From Ylistrum balloti (lineage: Eukaryota): a stretch of 64,000 nucleotides of DNA. Position numbers and translations under genes: made by a program. The stretch lies in contig NW_026781893.1 of assembly GCF_031769215.1 (NCBI RefSeq), positions 744,001-808,000 of the forward strand, in the 5' to 3' direction. Positions within the stretch are counted from its first letter, which is position 1, and the number at the start of each line of letters is the position of its first letter. Positions 1 to 13,444 of this stretch are shown here, piece after piece. The notes under the pieces were generated by a model. It was not told the DNA's origin and ran no database searches. It saw nothing but the letters and a program-made list of their open reading frames with translations.

Positions 1-478
1 GGATATTCTAACACTTGTGTAATAGACACAACAGATTCATGAGAGGGTCTGTTATGGTATGGGTAGGGATATCTCAAGGCGTGAAAACACCTCTCATGGT
101 TATCCATGGCAATCTTACAGCAGTAACATATCGAGATCAGGTCTTGATACCACACCTCCTTCCTCTTATCCATCAATGTAACCTTATGTTGCAGCAGGGC
201 AATGCGAGGCCCCATATTGCTAGGGTTGTTTATGACTTTCTGGCTCAAAACAACATACCAGTTCCTGATTGTCCACTATACAGTCCATATTTGTCCCTAA
301 TTAAGCATTTGTGGGACAAGCTGGACAAGAGGGTTAGGAAGCAGAGGAAGTATTGTGGTCTGGGTGGCATTATATGAATCGAAGAACCCCCCTGGTTATG
401 GTAGAAAGCAACTTGTCTAGTGTGTGCTTCTGTGAGGAAATTAAACGTCTTCACTTTTTTTTCATTTCTCTGTAGTAT
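1..478 (+). mobile_element. Tc1/mariner transposase relic (C-terminal DDE domain plus 3' end), inactive
   Basis: ORF 15-377 reads GSVMVWVGIS...LQQGNARPH...CPLYSPYLSLIKHLWDKL, matching the Tc1 motifs GGGSVMVWG, QQDNARPH and WPxxSPDLNPIEHLW. The catalytic D and E are replaced by G and K. A T-rich stretch ending in GTAGTATA near 478 resembles a Tc1 terminus. Confidence 0.9.
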
Positions 479-915
479 ACAGCAGAACATTTTTTTGCAG
501 TAGGCAATGCACATCCTGAAAATTATTGCATGTGCTACTAGAGGCATATCTTTTAAAACAGCAATTGATTGTCCATTGTGCTACCTTGGGCTGCTGTGTC
601 AACAGGTTTGATTCCAATCAAGCAGGTTTGGCATGAAAGGGAGAGATGTCTGAGTCAGAGCGAAATGCTTCTTCATCATTGACTACATTATGTCATATAC
701 ATGTATTGTCAGACATATGGAAGAATATTTCCAAAGCATTTCTGCATAATCTTAACAATCCCATGAATGGTAGATGTGTGATAAGCATCAATTGGGATGG
801 TGGACATACATATTATTGAACTTGTGAAACTTGATTTGCAACCACCTTCCTGTCTGTGGTTATAAATTTCGATCTCGTTTGACTGATTGTCTGATTCACT
901 GTGTCATTATGAAGA

Positions 916-2240
916 CAAGAGGCCCAAGGGGCCTGCATTACTCACCTGACTAATTCACCTATTCAGTCATTAAACAAAGAATTTCAAATATGACAAATAA
1001 TTTCTGAAATAATTTCCCTGTTGGATCTTGAAATCAAACAGAGTCATATTCAACATTCACAAAATTTATTTCAGACAATGTTGTTATACAAAATTGATTT
1101 CTCTTCACCAAAGTATGTTTCAGACCAAATTAGGACAGAGTCCTGATATTTCTAAAAAAAGAAAATAAAAATTTATGGAAATTGCTCTATTTTTCCAATT
1201 GATCCCTTCTCCTCCAACCCCAGGAAGCAGAGACCCATTGTTTATACGAATTAATTCCCCTTCATCCAAGCATGCTTCAGACCAAAGTGGGACATCATAC
1301 AGGCTTTCCTACAGAAGAAGGATTTTAAAGAATTTTATTTCCCTCATTGGCCCTTGTCCGTCTTGCTCCCAAAAGGCCAAGACCCAATATACCATTGAAT
1401 TTCATCCAGCCAAGCATGTTTCAGACCAAGCTATTCTACAGAAGAAAGGATTCTTTTTTCATTTGCTTTATTTCAACTATTGAGTCATGCCCCTCCCACC
1501 CAAACAGGCTGAGACCAACTTTTTACACAAAAAATATATCTAATTTGGACAAAATCCAATCATTCCTTCTACAGGAGTAGGTTTTTAAAGAATTTGTTCT
1601 ACTTCCTCTATTAAGCCCTGATCCTGCTGAGATCTATGGTTTACACAAAATAGGTTCCTCTTCATCGGAGAATGTTTCAGACAAAATTTTGGCAAAATAC
1701 AATCATTCCTACAAGAGGGGTATGATTTTAAAGAATTTGCTCTATTTCTTCTATTGAGTCCTGGCCCTACCGCCCAAGATGGCTGAGACCTACCGTTTAT
1801 AGAAAATTTATTCCCCTTCACCTAATAAGAATGCTTAATACTAAAATTAGGCAAAAACTTATTCCTTCACAAAAAGTAGGATTTGAAAGAATTTCTTCTA
1901 TTGGCCCTATTGGGCCCTTTCCCCTCCCTCCCCTGGGGTACAAGATTGATACCCCTTCATGCGAAAAAGCTTCAGATCAAATTTGGCAGCATCCATTCAC
2001 TCCTACAGGGGGAGTAAGAATATGCAAAATTTCTCCTTCCAAGTACCAAATCCAATATTATACAAATTTTGTTTCTCTTCCCCCAGAGATGCTTCTGATA
2101 AAAACCTGTTCTAAATTTGTTCAGTCGTTCATGACTAGTAGTCATTTTTATTACAAAACTGACAGCACACCATACACTGGAAACTGGATGAACACAGTGC
2201 CATGGCATAAGTTCACTGGTTTGTCAATCTTGTGTCTAAA
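916..2240. mobile_element. Helentron-like non-autonomous element (HINE-type) with internal degenerate ~145-160 bp tandem array
   Basis: Starts ACAAGAGGCCCAAGGGGCCTGCATTACTCACCTG, resembling bivalve HINE termini as recalled. TTCAGACCAA recurs at about 1119, 1277 and 1420, with variants at about 1676 and 1971. TTTTAAAGAATTT also recurs. Family assignment is by recognition; the ends are approximate. Confidence 0.6.
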
Positions 2241-3522
2241 AGTGGGACTAAAATTCAAAGATTCCAAAATGGGAAGTTTGGTAAGTATGAATTAATATAA
2301 ACTATATGACGGTTAAGAAGTTACTGAACTTAACCTCTGTAATGAGCTTTGATAAAAACAACTGTATCTATATTTGTAGCACATAAAATTAGATTCTATT
2401 TTTAACAAGAAATGAAAGGAAGCTTATGGTATATTCAAACAGCTGTGTAGGCCCAGTGAAGTCAGGTGGTTCCCCTCAGGGTGTCCCTGACTGGTATGTG
2501 ATGAAGTAAATATCTATAAGCTTCATCCACAATGAACAAAAATGATGTGCCTTCCTTCAAGGAAGCATGATGCAGTATACTTGACAGATATATGCATTAG
2601 TCCAGCTTTCAATGATGGTGATTATCCATAATACGTTTAAAAGAAACTGAACGGAAATTTAATTTGGATTGACTGTGTTTATCTTAAGGTGCCATAACTC
2701 TGTCATTAAAAAAGACATTATACATGCTGTACATAATTCCCCAAATGTCTTAATTCTGTGGTCATGAATTAACATCACAAACCTCTTGATCTGAGAAATT
2801 AGAGATCAGATTTCGTTAGAGAAAGCTATCTTGGTCAAAAAATGAATTTCTTCAAGCACAAAAGCCTATATTTCAAGCATGCTTTTACATAAACATCATG
2901 GCCTTAGGCCTTTGATTATCAAAAAGAATCAGTCTGAAAATTTTACATATCTGATGTCTGCACCCATGAAAATGAGTCAAGATCATTAATTTGAAAAACC
3001 TAGATACTAACTTGTAGCATGTTAAAGGCCAAAATATCATGACTTGGTAGCCCTTCTCTTGATTTGAGACAAAATATGACAAACTGATGGTGCTTTTGTA
3101 ATTCTAATATAACAGAACTAGCCTTTCTAAAAAGTAACCTCTCTTGGAATTTGTTATCTGGTTTTCTATGTACAATAGCAAGGATGTGGACTGGTGATGT
3201 ATTCTTCTTTGTTTGATGTCCCAATGACAATGTACTAGGTTTATTAGAAAAAGACTTTTCATATTCCATGAATGATTAGAAAAACACTTATTTACAGTTA
3301 GGGTCTGTAGAACTTTTTTCAGTATCCAGTAAATTACAGAATGTGTTTTCAGATATGTACTCCTCTAACCTGTCTAAATATTGACTCAAAACTGTGAATT
3401 GTAATCAACGTCCATGTTTGTCATATTTTAGGACTGGACGGAAACTGGTTTCCCTTTTACAAAATTCATTTAGAAGAAATAACCAATCAAATTTAAGATT
3501 GAATATCTGTCATAGATATACG

Positions 3523-3553
3523 AAAATAAATAAATAAATAAATAAATAAATAA
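3523..3553. repeat. (AAAT)n microsatellite
   Basis: About 7 perfect AAAT units, read directly. Confidence 0.95.
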
Positions 3554-3628
3554 GGATGTATCAGCTGGGAGTTGAACCATATAAGAACAATAGCTAGTGT
3601 CTCGCTAACCATTCTGCTAATCCACAGC
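3554..3628 (-). mobile_element. tRNA-derived SINE head or tRNA pseudogene relic
   Basis: On the minus strand, A-box TAGCAGAATGG (3619-3609) and B-box GGTTCAACTCC (3578-3568) are 30 nt apart. No intact acceptor stem or cloverleaf. Followed by a (TATT)n tail. Confidence 0.55.
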
Positions 3629-3642
3629 AAAAACTATAGCAA

Positions 3643-3964
3643 GTGCTTTAGACCATTGGGCAAGTCAGATATGCAGAATGTGCTTTAGACCATGGGGCAA
3701 GTCAGATATGCAGAATGTGCTTTAGACCGTGGGGTAAGTCGGATATGCAGAATGTGCTTTAGACAATTGGGTAAGTCAGATATGCAGAATGTGCTTTAGA
3801 CCATGGGGTAAGTCAGATATGCAGAATGTGCTTTAGACCATGGGGTAAGTCGGATATGCAGAATGTGCTTTAGACAATTGGGTAAGTCAGATATGCAGAA
3901 TGTGCTTTAGACCATGGGGCAAGTCAGATATGCAGAATGTGCTTCAGACCATGGGGTTAGTCAT
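3643..3964. repeat. 37-bp minisatellite, about 8.7 copies
   Basis: Unit GTGCTTTAGACCATGGGGTAAGTCAGATATGCAGAAT starts at 3643, 3680, 3717 and so on. Confidence 0.95.
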
Positions 3965-4131
3965 ATATCGAACATTAATATCAGTATGATACTAACCTGG
4001 GCTCATGCAATGTTTGAATGCCTAGCCGCTTCGTGCCACGGTATTCCAAGTTTTGCATGAACCAAGGTTAGTACAGCCATGCATGCCTCCACTTTGCTCC
4101 ATATCCATTACATGAACAAAACTCATACATA

Positions 4132-4215
4132 TACTGTAAATTTTCGCGTATAGTGTGCACTTTTTCAAGCTAAAACTGTCGTGTCAAAAAGGGGGTGCGC
4201 ATTATACGCAGGAAC
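4132..4215 (+). mobile_element. pogo/Tigger-like DNA transposon terminus
   Basis: TACTGTAAATTTTCGCGTATAGTGTGCAC...AAAAGGGGGTGCGCATTATAC resembles pogo-type terminal sequences. The matching other end was not found. Confidence 0.55.
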
Positions 4216-5417
4216 ATGCCATTCTTGGAGTTATTCCCGAGTTCTGCGTCCGCCATATTGGATTATCTCCCTTCACATAGTTATATTTGAAAGTCGTCGG
4301 TCATATATGAAAGTTTGGAGATAAAAATAAAATAAAATGAAATAAATTTTGAATGTTTTAATCATCGGCTATTCACGCTAGCATTACAGTGAATCTAATT
4401 TTTTTTCGTTTCCCGTCGTTCGAATAGTGATGGTCGTACTATTGGTCAGGGCTATAGTAGTGTCTGAATTTCTGCCTCATTTTGATGATGTATCTGTGGA
4501 ATTCAATGAGTCCGGAAGTTTTTGGGCGGTATACAATTATGGTGAGTAATGAGTGAAGACTTTTCTGTAACAAGCCAGTCATTAAATTTGCCTACCACAA
4601 CCTTGATGGATTTTTGATTAAGGGTCACAATGCTTATATATTTACACTTTTCACAAATACATCTACAAAATGATCAATGCAAGCTGAACCTAAAGTGTGA
4701 CCATGATATCCGATGAAATTCACAGAAAATATGTGAATATTATCTATGATCAGTTAGTTATTCAGTGCAGAAGAAATGAGTGTGTATGTGACCCCAATTA
4801 CATCCAACAATCTATATCCATTGTTGTCATGATATATGGTACAAATACCATGGTCTACAGTCTTTTTAACCCTTGCCAAGACATCTAATGCAGAATGACC
4901 CAGTCACCAATTGCCATGCCCATTCCATGCCAGATGACCACTGGAAGTTTGTTTACATTTCAACTGTATGGAGTCTAGAAATATCAGAAATATAAAATAT
5001 AGGCACATTGTGAGGATAGACCAATCTGTTTCTTTTCTTAAGCCACTTACATCAACAGAAAGACATTTTGTAAATTTATAAATATTTCTTTGATACATTT
5101 TTTGACTAAGCTATGCTTTTCATGCATCTCACTGACAATCGTAATTAGATATTCCTAAAAGGTGGCAACGGTTTTATTAACAGTGGTTCCTTATCAGTCT
5201 GTGTTAATAATGAATTGTTTTTTATATATACATTTAGGTCTTTAAGCTGGCCTTTTGAAATTGAACTTGAAATTAGATGATCTACAATATGAAAAAATTA
5301 ACTTCAAAATTCAATTGTAATACAAATTTTAAATGCATAACATTTGAATTGCAATTGTTATTATTGAAATGTCAAACCAACGCTGAGTATCAAGACCCTA
5401 TATAGCAGAGATTGTTA

Positions 5418-5705
5418 ACACTATCTACACCCTCATACAACACACCCTATCTACACCCTCATACAACACACCCTGTCTACACCCTCACACAACATACCCT
5501 ATCCACACCCTCATACAACACACCCTATCTACACCCTCATACAACACACCCTATCTACACCCGCACACAACACCCCATCTACAACCTCATACAACATACC
5601 CTATCTACACCCTCATACAACACACCCCATCTACACCCGCACACAACACCCTATCTACACCCTCATACAACATACCCTATCTACACCCTCATAGAACACA
5701 ACCTA
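5418..5705. repeat. 26-bp C/A-rich minisatellite, about 11 degenerate copies
   Basis: Unit ACACCCTCATACAACACACCCTATCT. It explains the spurious ORF 5412-5753. Confidence 0.9.
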
Positions 5706-7369
5706 ACTACACTCTTACACACATTTGATCTTCACCATCAACACATACAGTGATCACAGATGAAGAGCTATATGTACCAATGGCTTCCTATCAAAGCATG
5801 CATGCAGTGGTGTTTACTTTCATTCTTTTAAAGATATATTGTCTGTTTTAATACCATAGTTGAATCAGTTTCCATGCAATATTTTTCACATCTGTTTGAA
5901 TTAAACACTGACCACAAAATTCAAGAATAATACTGACAGTTATCTGAATAAAATATTACAAAAACACTTAGCAATATGTGTAAACAATGGTTCAGCGACA
6001 AAAGTTATAATTATACACAATGTTTCAAGTAGACTGTAAATGCAGTAACAGAAAGGCTAAAACTTACTTTCAGGAATAAATATACTAAGTTTTCTTTCTT
6101 ACCAGGAAAAGTTTGTATGTATATATCTATAGTATACCAGCAACATGCAATGTATTAACATACACATGGAGATTCCTGGTTGCAGGCCTCCTGTGTCCAC
6201 CTGTCATACCAGCACGGTTTCTCTGCCCCACAAACACTGATCTGTTCCATCGCAAAATAGTCATATTACTACCACTGCTTTTTCTGTAAATTTCTTTTGA
6301 AACATGAGTCATGTTTTTGATATTTTCATTTGAAATATTCCTGTAATCTAGCTTCTGCAATACCTCAATTTTACATGATAAATTTGAATATGTCTTGCTG
6401 GTTTTAATAAAACTCTGTTATTATTGGATTTGATGTTGTCTTACTTGTTACATCAACAGCCATCTTACAGATTTATCATTTGGTTCAGTTGGTTTTTTTT
6501 CACTGCCACAAAAAAACCTGCAATTATTTTTATATGTACACGTCTACAGATATAAATATATCTAGAGTGCAGGATTTCACAGCAATTATTCAATTTGAAC
6601 AAGACAATGTAGGACTAGAGCAGATCACTTATATTTCACAATTTGATACACTGAAACTGTATCTATATATTATTTCAGTTTCAAAAAATGATGGATTCCA
6701 AAATATAAATTTACTATTTCCTGTATAAAAGTCCTACCAACAGTAATTCAAATAGCTTTATATTCTGTCTAACCAATTGATAAGTGTGCAGTTATCCATC
6801 ATAGAGGAAAATGAAACCAAAACATTAAGAGTTTGGAAGTTGTTGGAGAAAAATGCTCCCATTCACCAGTGAGAAATCCCGTCAATAAAACAAGATCTGT
6901 TCTTCGGATCAATAGGATTTGCAGAGGTTCTGGTCACGGCATTGGTAACACAACCGCGTAGAGCTCTTACAAGTCAGGTGAAGGCCATCCTATCTCTCTC
7001 ACAGATAACTTACTTCAGGATACCATTAAGACATGTTTTCATGAAAACTCCATCAGGTCTGGACATGTAGCATTTCTCATCAGAAAGAATCACAGCGGTA
7101 CATGTTGAGTCATTCCAAACCCATAAATAAAACAAAATTAACATTATTTTCTGGTAACATCATACAGAAAATTGGTCAGAAGGTGAGAAAAGGAATAAAT
7201 GAAAAAAAGACGATCAAAATGGAAAGGTTGAATTAAATGGTTATCAAATCAGGGTTATATAATGTCTAGGAAATAGCTTACGCAGTGTGGAGAAAAGGCC
7301 TCTAGAAACACACCACAAGCAGAAAAAACAAGAGTATTTAGTAAGAGCAGATGAAAAAAAATTCTCAGG

Positions 7370-8340
7370 TCTTATCAGTGAGAAAGTGGAGATAGGAGTT
7401 GGTCAATATTTTGGTCATCAATGCCCAAAAAGTAGAGTTATTGCCCCTTGAACAAGAGTGCTACTAATTAGCTGAGGGGTCTGACTTGAACTACTGACTT
7501 AATCTCTTTATAGGGGGTCAGTGTGGATAAGTGCACTGTCCAATTTAAATATGGTGGCTAAGAAAGTTTCTGGTTTTGAAATGCCATTGACATGTGTCAT
7601 GTAACACAAAGGTATTTCCCTTACACAATGTCACACTCAAAAGCTATGCATTCTGTTGTAATATAGGTTGACAGCTTCAGCACCAATATGCACAGACTTG
7701 TCCCACAGTAATTAGCAGATGACAACTGATGGAAGATCCTCACAAATAATGCTAGTGTAATATTAATCACAAGTATCAATATTTTTATTTTCCAATGACT
7801 AGTAAGAAAAACTTCAGTTAACAAATGTATATAATGTAAAAAGATCAGGAAAATGTGGCTAATTACACTGCCCCAAGGACACATAATTTTCCTAAGGTGA
7901 ACCCATACCCAAAAGTTCCAGTGACAAGTAATGTAGGAGAGAGAACATTCACACACTTTTTCCTTGATGTAGATCAAAGATCAAATTGAATGTCAGAAAG
8001 ACCTACAAATATGTACTTTTAAAACATGACAAACCACCTGACCAACGGCACTCCATACCCACAAATATGAAGTTCTAGTGACAAATAGTGTAAGAGATAG
8101 AGCCCAGACTTTATTTCATGTAAATCAAAGGTCAAAGTGTAGGTTAGAGCAACCTGCTTTAAAAAATGACACACCATCTCACCAAGGTGAACCCATACCC
8201 TGGGTATGAGTTCCAGTGACATAAATGGTAGGGAATTGAGCCAGGAGAAGACAGTGGAAGAAGGATGGAAGGACGGATGGATAGATGGATGGACACAACA
8301 CAAAACTAAAGGCCATTTCCAATTTCCTTCATTCCCAATG
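7370..8340 (-). mobile_element. Helentron-like (HINE-type) element, degenerate
   Basis: Minus strand shows TTTGTGTTGTGTCCATCCATCTATCCATCCGTCC (microsatellite-like head), then repeated GTTCACCTTGG/AG, TGTCACTGG and TGACCTTTGA motifs. Ends approximate. Confidence 0.5.
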
Positions 8341-10193
8341 AGATATTAACAATGATATCCTGACTAAATTATGGGAGTATGAGTCTTTCATAAGACTTAA
8401 ATTAGACTCAACATCAAGACAAAACAGAAGGTCAAAGGAGACCACCTACTTATTCATCAACACAAGAAGAACAGCAGTAGAATTGACAAGAAAATGAGAA
8501 TGGTAGAGAAGGAAGTGAAGTAGCCTGTAAACTCTATGTGTCCTGGCTGTAATTTTATGATAACATGAATAGAATTCTAGGAGCTGCTAAATTTAAGTAT
8601 TGCTTTACAATATATACCACTAAGATGGTGTAGTGGGGAATTTGCCCCTGGAAGATCTTATTATCTGCGTTTTATTTATCATACAACAGAAAAAATAACA
8701 AAAAAGAAAATAAACCATTTTTTAATGTTTACCATTTATTATCACATGGCTGTAAAAAAATGTTCAAATGACTTCTGTCTTAAAGTCTTACTGATATGCT
8801 CCTTGTCAAAACCTATTGAGGAATGGACAAAGGGAAATAATTCAAATATTATCTGTGAACACAATGATGCATTTCATTAAGAGATATATACAAAATTATG
8901 ACAAGTCAATGTTGTCTGCAAACACATTAGTGATCTACAATGTTGGTCAAGGTCAAATTTATTTGGCTCTTTTACTTTTAAGAAGGGAAATGTTACCTTT
9001 CATTTTTCAAACAGCATTGGACTTATCCCAAGAAAGGCAATGGGGGGAGGGGGTTAGATTATTTGACCTCTGTGACCTTAAAAAAGGGGTCAATGTCCTT
9101 CAGGTAAGTGAGCAAAGAAAACAAGACCATGTCTTATTAGGTGTAAAATATAAAATATCACAAAAACATCCTTTTGGTAACATAAGCACAATTTCCAAAA
9201 GGATAATCTGTTATTTAAGAAATTTGCATAGTTTTATACCTTTTTACATATTATACACAAATACATATAGAAAATATTTAAAACAACCTTTTCTTTTACA
9301 AACCTTGAAACATACTGTATGATAAGGGTTAAACAGTTTGTTTGATTAACTAACCTTTGTAATGACAAACTGTCATTATGACAATCATTATACAAAGGAC
9401 AATCACACAATTTAAGGTAATGTACAATTAACCACAATGATTGGCTCAAGTCATGTTCAATCAAATTACAACAGAAGAACCTGTGGAGTGTTACCAGGAC
9501 CTCTAATAACATGGAAATTGACATTCAGACTCATGATAATCTGTATACTTCCCTCAGTACAATCACACGTAGGAATGAGTATGCATGTACATATCACAAT
9601 TTAATCATAAAAAAAATCCTGATATTTTCCAGAAATGAATACAAATAATTGGTAACATTTATATCTGCATATTTCAGTATAGATGGGTCAAATTACCTGT
9701 TGATTCCTAAAAAATAATGACAAAAAAGGTTCTACATATGCGCTGGAGTATTTCAAAGATGGGAGTAATACAAACATCCATACCAGAAGTTACTGCTGAC
9801 TGCTTCTCTCTGGCATAGTGAGTATATCGAAGATTGATACTAACACCTTTACAGAGTTACCTCCCATTTTCCCTCTGTGACTTAGGAAAATATATCGACG
9901 ATGGAGCAATGCAAACATCCTTGCTCTGAGCTAGTTGCCAATTTGTCACTCTGATTTGGGAGTATATTGATGATGAAGTGACATCAACACCCTCACATAG
10001 AACTACATGTACTTCCCATCTCTTGGCTCACTACTGGTTACCGACTAGCTAATGATACTAAATATGGATAATTACACACACATGTATTACATCTTAATTA
10101 AAACTTATTACAGACAATACAAAACGAAAATGTATAAAACATCATTATAATAGTTGGCAACAAGGTAATAACTTCGCAAGAGATCACTTCATA

Positions 10194-10363
10194 TACAGTA
10201 AAACATATATTTTCATAGGGCTCAATTTTCGTGGTTTCCCAAAATACTATTCTATTGCTTATAATTTCAATAGTTTGTGGAAGTAATCGTGAATTCATGG
10301 ATACATATTACCCATGTAATCAACAAAAATAAATCATCAACACAAATTAATTATCTTAAAGTA
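10194..10363. mobile_element. Tc1/mariner-type MITE (same family as 60731-60940)
   Basis: TACAGTAAAAC...ATAGGGCTCAATTTTCGTGG matches the reverse complement of the 60900-60940 end (TACTGTAAAATC...ATGGGGCTCAATTTTCATG). Confidence 0.55.
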
Positions 10364-11433
10364 AACATACTGGAATGTCTAACAATGTCATATCTAATGT
10401 TTATGTAGAAGCTTTGGCATTTTAATAAAGCTGCTATTCACGTACCATATCACGTGCAATACATCAGCTGGATCAAGTAAACGTTTAAATCAGTGCTACA
10501 CTAGTATAGATAGAGACAGACCTTCCAATAATGTTACAGCCTTGAAGATTCAGTCAAGGCTAGTCTGACAGTGACAGTTAAAATAAGATCAGTAGGTCCA
10601 TCCTTATGTCATGAACCAATATTGACCCTACTCAAACTGATTAAACTGGTAAATCAAAATGGCCCAGTTTCCTTATAGGGACATAAGAATTAGGTATCAT
10701 GACAAAAGTGAATGTACTACAAACGTCCGCATGAATGGAACACTACATTCTCTTATATCATTTGTCCTTCCACTCAACATAATCCTGATTTGTTTTCAAA
10801 CCTCATACATTTACATACAACACAGCTATTTCAGAACTCATTAGAGGCAAAATACAACTTTAAAATGATGTGGGACTGTTCAAACATATTTCAATTTACT
10901 GTTCATAATTGTTCTTTAATACAGATAAATTAACTATTAAAAACAAAATTGGAAAGCACAATTCACAACCTTCTCTTTAATTACAGACACAACACCTACC
11001 AGACAATGAACATTGTCATGTATACTGTAACCATACAAATCAATAGTTAGAAATACAAGCAATACATGAATACACTTTCATGACACAGGCATTCATTGAA
11101 ATGAGGAGTTACTTTTAAACTTATCAGTAAAATGATCAATAGTTTGCTTTTTGTTCACACAAAGAAAACATATTGTGACTAAAACATCTGTAAACAAAAA
11201 TTATCACAGCTGATAAATTATATCAAAGTTTACAGGTGTTATATTGTTACTTTATCTCTTTATCTTACTTTTAGTAACATGTTGTTATATGACATAATAT
11301 GGCATAATAAAATAAAAGGCCAAGCTTCGTAAAATATTTTAAAATGCCCTGAAATGAGAAAAGTGAAAAAACGTCACTAGCAATCCGATCTGTTCACAAA
11401 TGAAAAAAATATTTATGAAAATAAACCTTCTGT

Positions 11434-11663
11434 TCACAGTTCCTCTCCATGTTTGTGATGAGTCTGCAATGATCCAACATCAGCATTCTGTATTAAGTGT
11501 TTGTAGAAGTTAATAGCTTGTTCGTAATTATTTACAGAAAGGCGTTCATTATTCCCGTGGAATCGTGGGATATCGTCAGGAAACATGAACGTGGGACTAA
11601 ACCTGTAGATGTTGTGGGTGAATGGAGTGTAGTGAATGGTGTCCGTGTTGCCAATCATAACTC
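11434..11663 (-). CDS. PM20D1: PM20D1 alternative terminal exon 11b (distal)
   Basis: Acceptor TTTTATTTCTGAACAG, phase 1, 230 bp, no stops. Encodes GVMIGNTDT...RFHGNNER...HKHGEEL*. Same length as exon 11a and 48/76 aa identical to it (hand count). Confidence 0.85.
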
Positions 11664-13059
11664 CTGTTCAGAAATAAAAGGTAAACCTACTAAAACATTG
11701 GACAGGTGAAGTTCTCTACAAAATTTACCTATCAAAGACTAATTATTTTTTTCGGTGCAGCTTCCTTAAAGACATCTACTCTCTGTATAATAAATTGCGA
11801 TTGTTTGACTCATATCAGTCTTAAATTTCCTCAAAGCTATAATTGAGATTTCAGGTGAGTGAAAAACAGTTTAATAGTACAATTTCTCAATATAATCAAA
11901 TTGTGAAAGACTACCTGATATACTGTATATCATCTTTGAAACAAAATAAACAAAGAAACAAAATTTACAAATGTATATACTATAGTATCGCATGACTTAT
12001 AATATGCCATACCAAGATTTCAACACGTTTTACACAAGGACGGGTCTTAGGTAAAGTAGAGGGTTCATAAAGTGCATTTAGTATATCACTAGGTTATCAC
12101 TACATTAAAGGGACATTTCATATTTTGCAACCCTACAACGAACTTCATAAAAGTTAGCAATTCATGCAACAATTATGACAAATGTTCTGTTAAGAGTTTA
12201 GTGCGATACAAAGTATTCTAATCTGTCTGGCAAGACAATGAAGCCATATTGACAAACAATGGCTGCATGTGTGCTGTGACAAGCTGAAGCCAAAGTGAGA
12301 TAGAACTTCACATATTTAGGTAATTTCACTACATTGGTTACTTACTATGATTAAGTTGTGACTACCTAATAATTGCTTTATGATCGTTAAATCATTTGAT
12401 GCTCAAACACACAGATAGGCCCACTGAGTGACACATTGAGAGAATTTACATAGACTACACAGTCAAGGTCTTTAACTTTTGTAGCAATGCTATGAGGATT
12501 CAACAGTCATTTAAGTTCTTATTAAATCAAAAAAAGGGATATCGTCAGATTAAAATGAAATGCTGGTACATGTATTAGCGGTGTAAGATGAACTTCCCAG
12601 TTATACATGTACTACAGTTACATGGTAGACAGAGAAAGGCCTGACAATACTTCAGAAAGTGGGCATGATATCATTCAATGTGTGCTTTCATTCAGCAAGT
12701 TATTATTGAAGCCCAAACATATCTAACACATAATAGAGTAAGAAAATAGGCACAAATTTTGTTTATGAATTTGTGGCTTTTCGTCTTCAGGGTTTGTCAT
12801 AACCTGTTACACATCCCAATTCTACCGCACTGATTCTTTTAAAAATATCCAATTAATAGAAACGATTCAATAATACAGTTCATATATTTCCACATCTATG
12901 ATTGAATATTTCTTTCAAATCATTTAGATTTTCCATAACTTTCAATCTGGGTCATCATATTGTTCATCCTATTGCACCTTGGTAATCCAAGGAGAACTAA
13001 ATAGCTCCATGGTGAGTGTCTAATTTGATATGCAATATTCACCATATTCTGATTTTGCC

Positions 13060-13395
13060 TGCCAGGAAACATAAGCTAATATTTTGTGTACCAGGGAAAC
13101 ATGCTCATATATTGTGTGCCAGAGAAACATAAGTTAATATTTTGTGAGCCAGCGAAACATAAGCTAATATTTTGTGTACCAGGGAAACATGCTCATATAT
13201 TGTGTGCTAGGGAAACATGCTCATATTTTGTGTGCCAGAGAAACATAAGTTAATATTTTGTGTTCCTGGGAAACATGATCATATTTTGTGAGCCAGGGAA
13301 ACATAATTTAATATTTTGTGCTCCAGGAAAACATATGTTCAATTATTTTGTGTTAGGGAAACAAATTGCTGGAATTTTGTTTGTCAGGGAATTTG
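13060..13395. repeat. 28-30 bp minisatellite, about 11 copies, just downstream of the PM20D1 exon 11a stop
   Basis: Alternating variants AGGGAAACATGCTCATATTTTGTGTGCC and AGAGAAACATAAGTTAATATTTTGTGAGCC. Confidence 0.9.
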
Positions 13396-13444
13396 CTGAT
13401 GTTTAACATATCCTTGTAAATGAGTGGATTTTTACTGGCCTGAA

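Noticed and set aside
1175-2295. ORFs of 77-154 aa on both strands
   Set aside because: They lie within the HINE-like tandem array, have no recognisable motifs and no splice context.
4430-4541. ATG-initiated 37-codon frame ending at a perfect donor (TATG|GTGAGT)
   Set aside because: No downstream exon found, and it lies next to a pogo-like terminus. Probably chance.
6127-7125. Protein-like minus-strand stretches (e.g. WVWNDSTCTAVILSDEKCYMSRPDGVFMKTCLNGILK before GTAAGT; LCYQCRDQNLC)
   Set aside because: No valid acceptor, stops in all frames and no family recognised. At most an old relic.
8816-9322. 168-aa ORF
   Set aside because: Contains HINE-type TGACC/GGTCA motifs, has non-coding composition and no domain.
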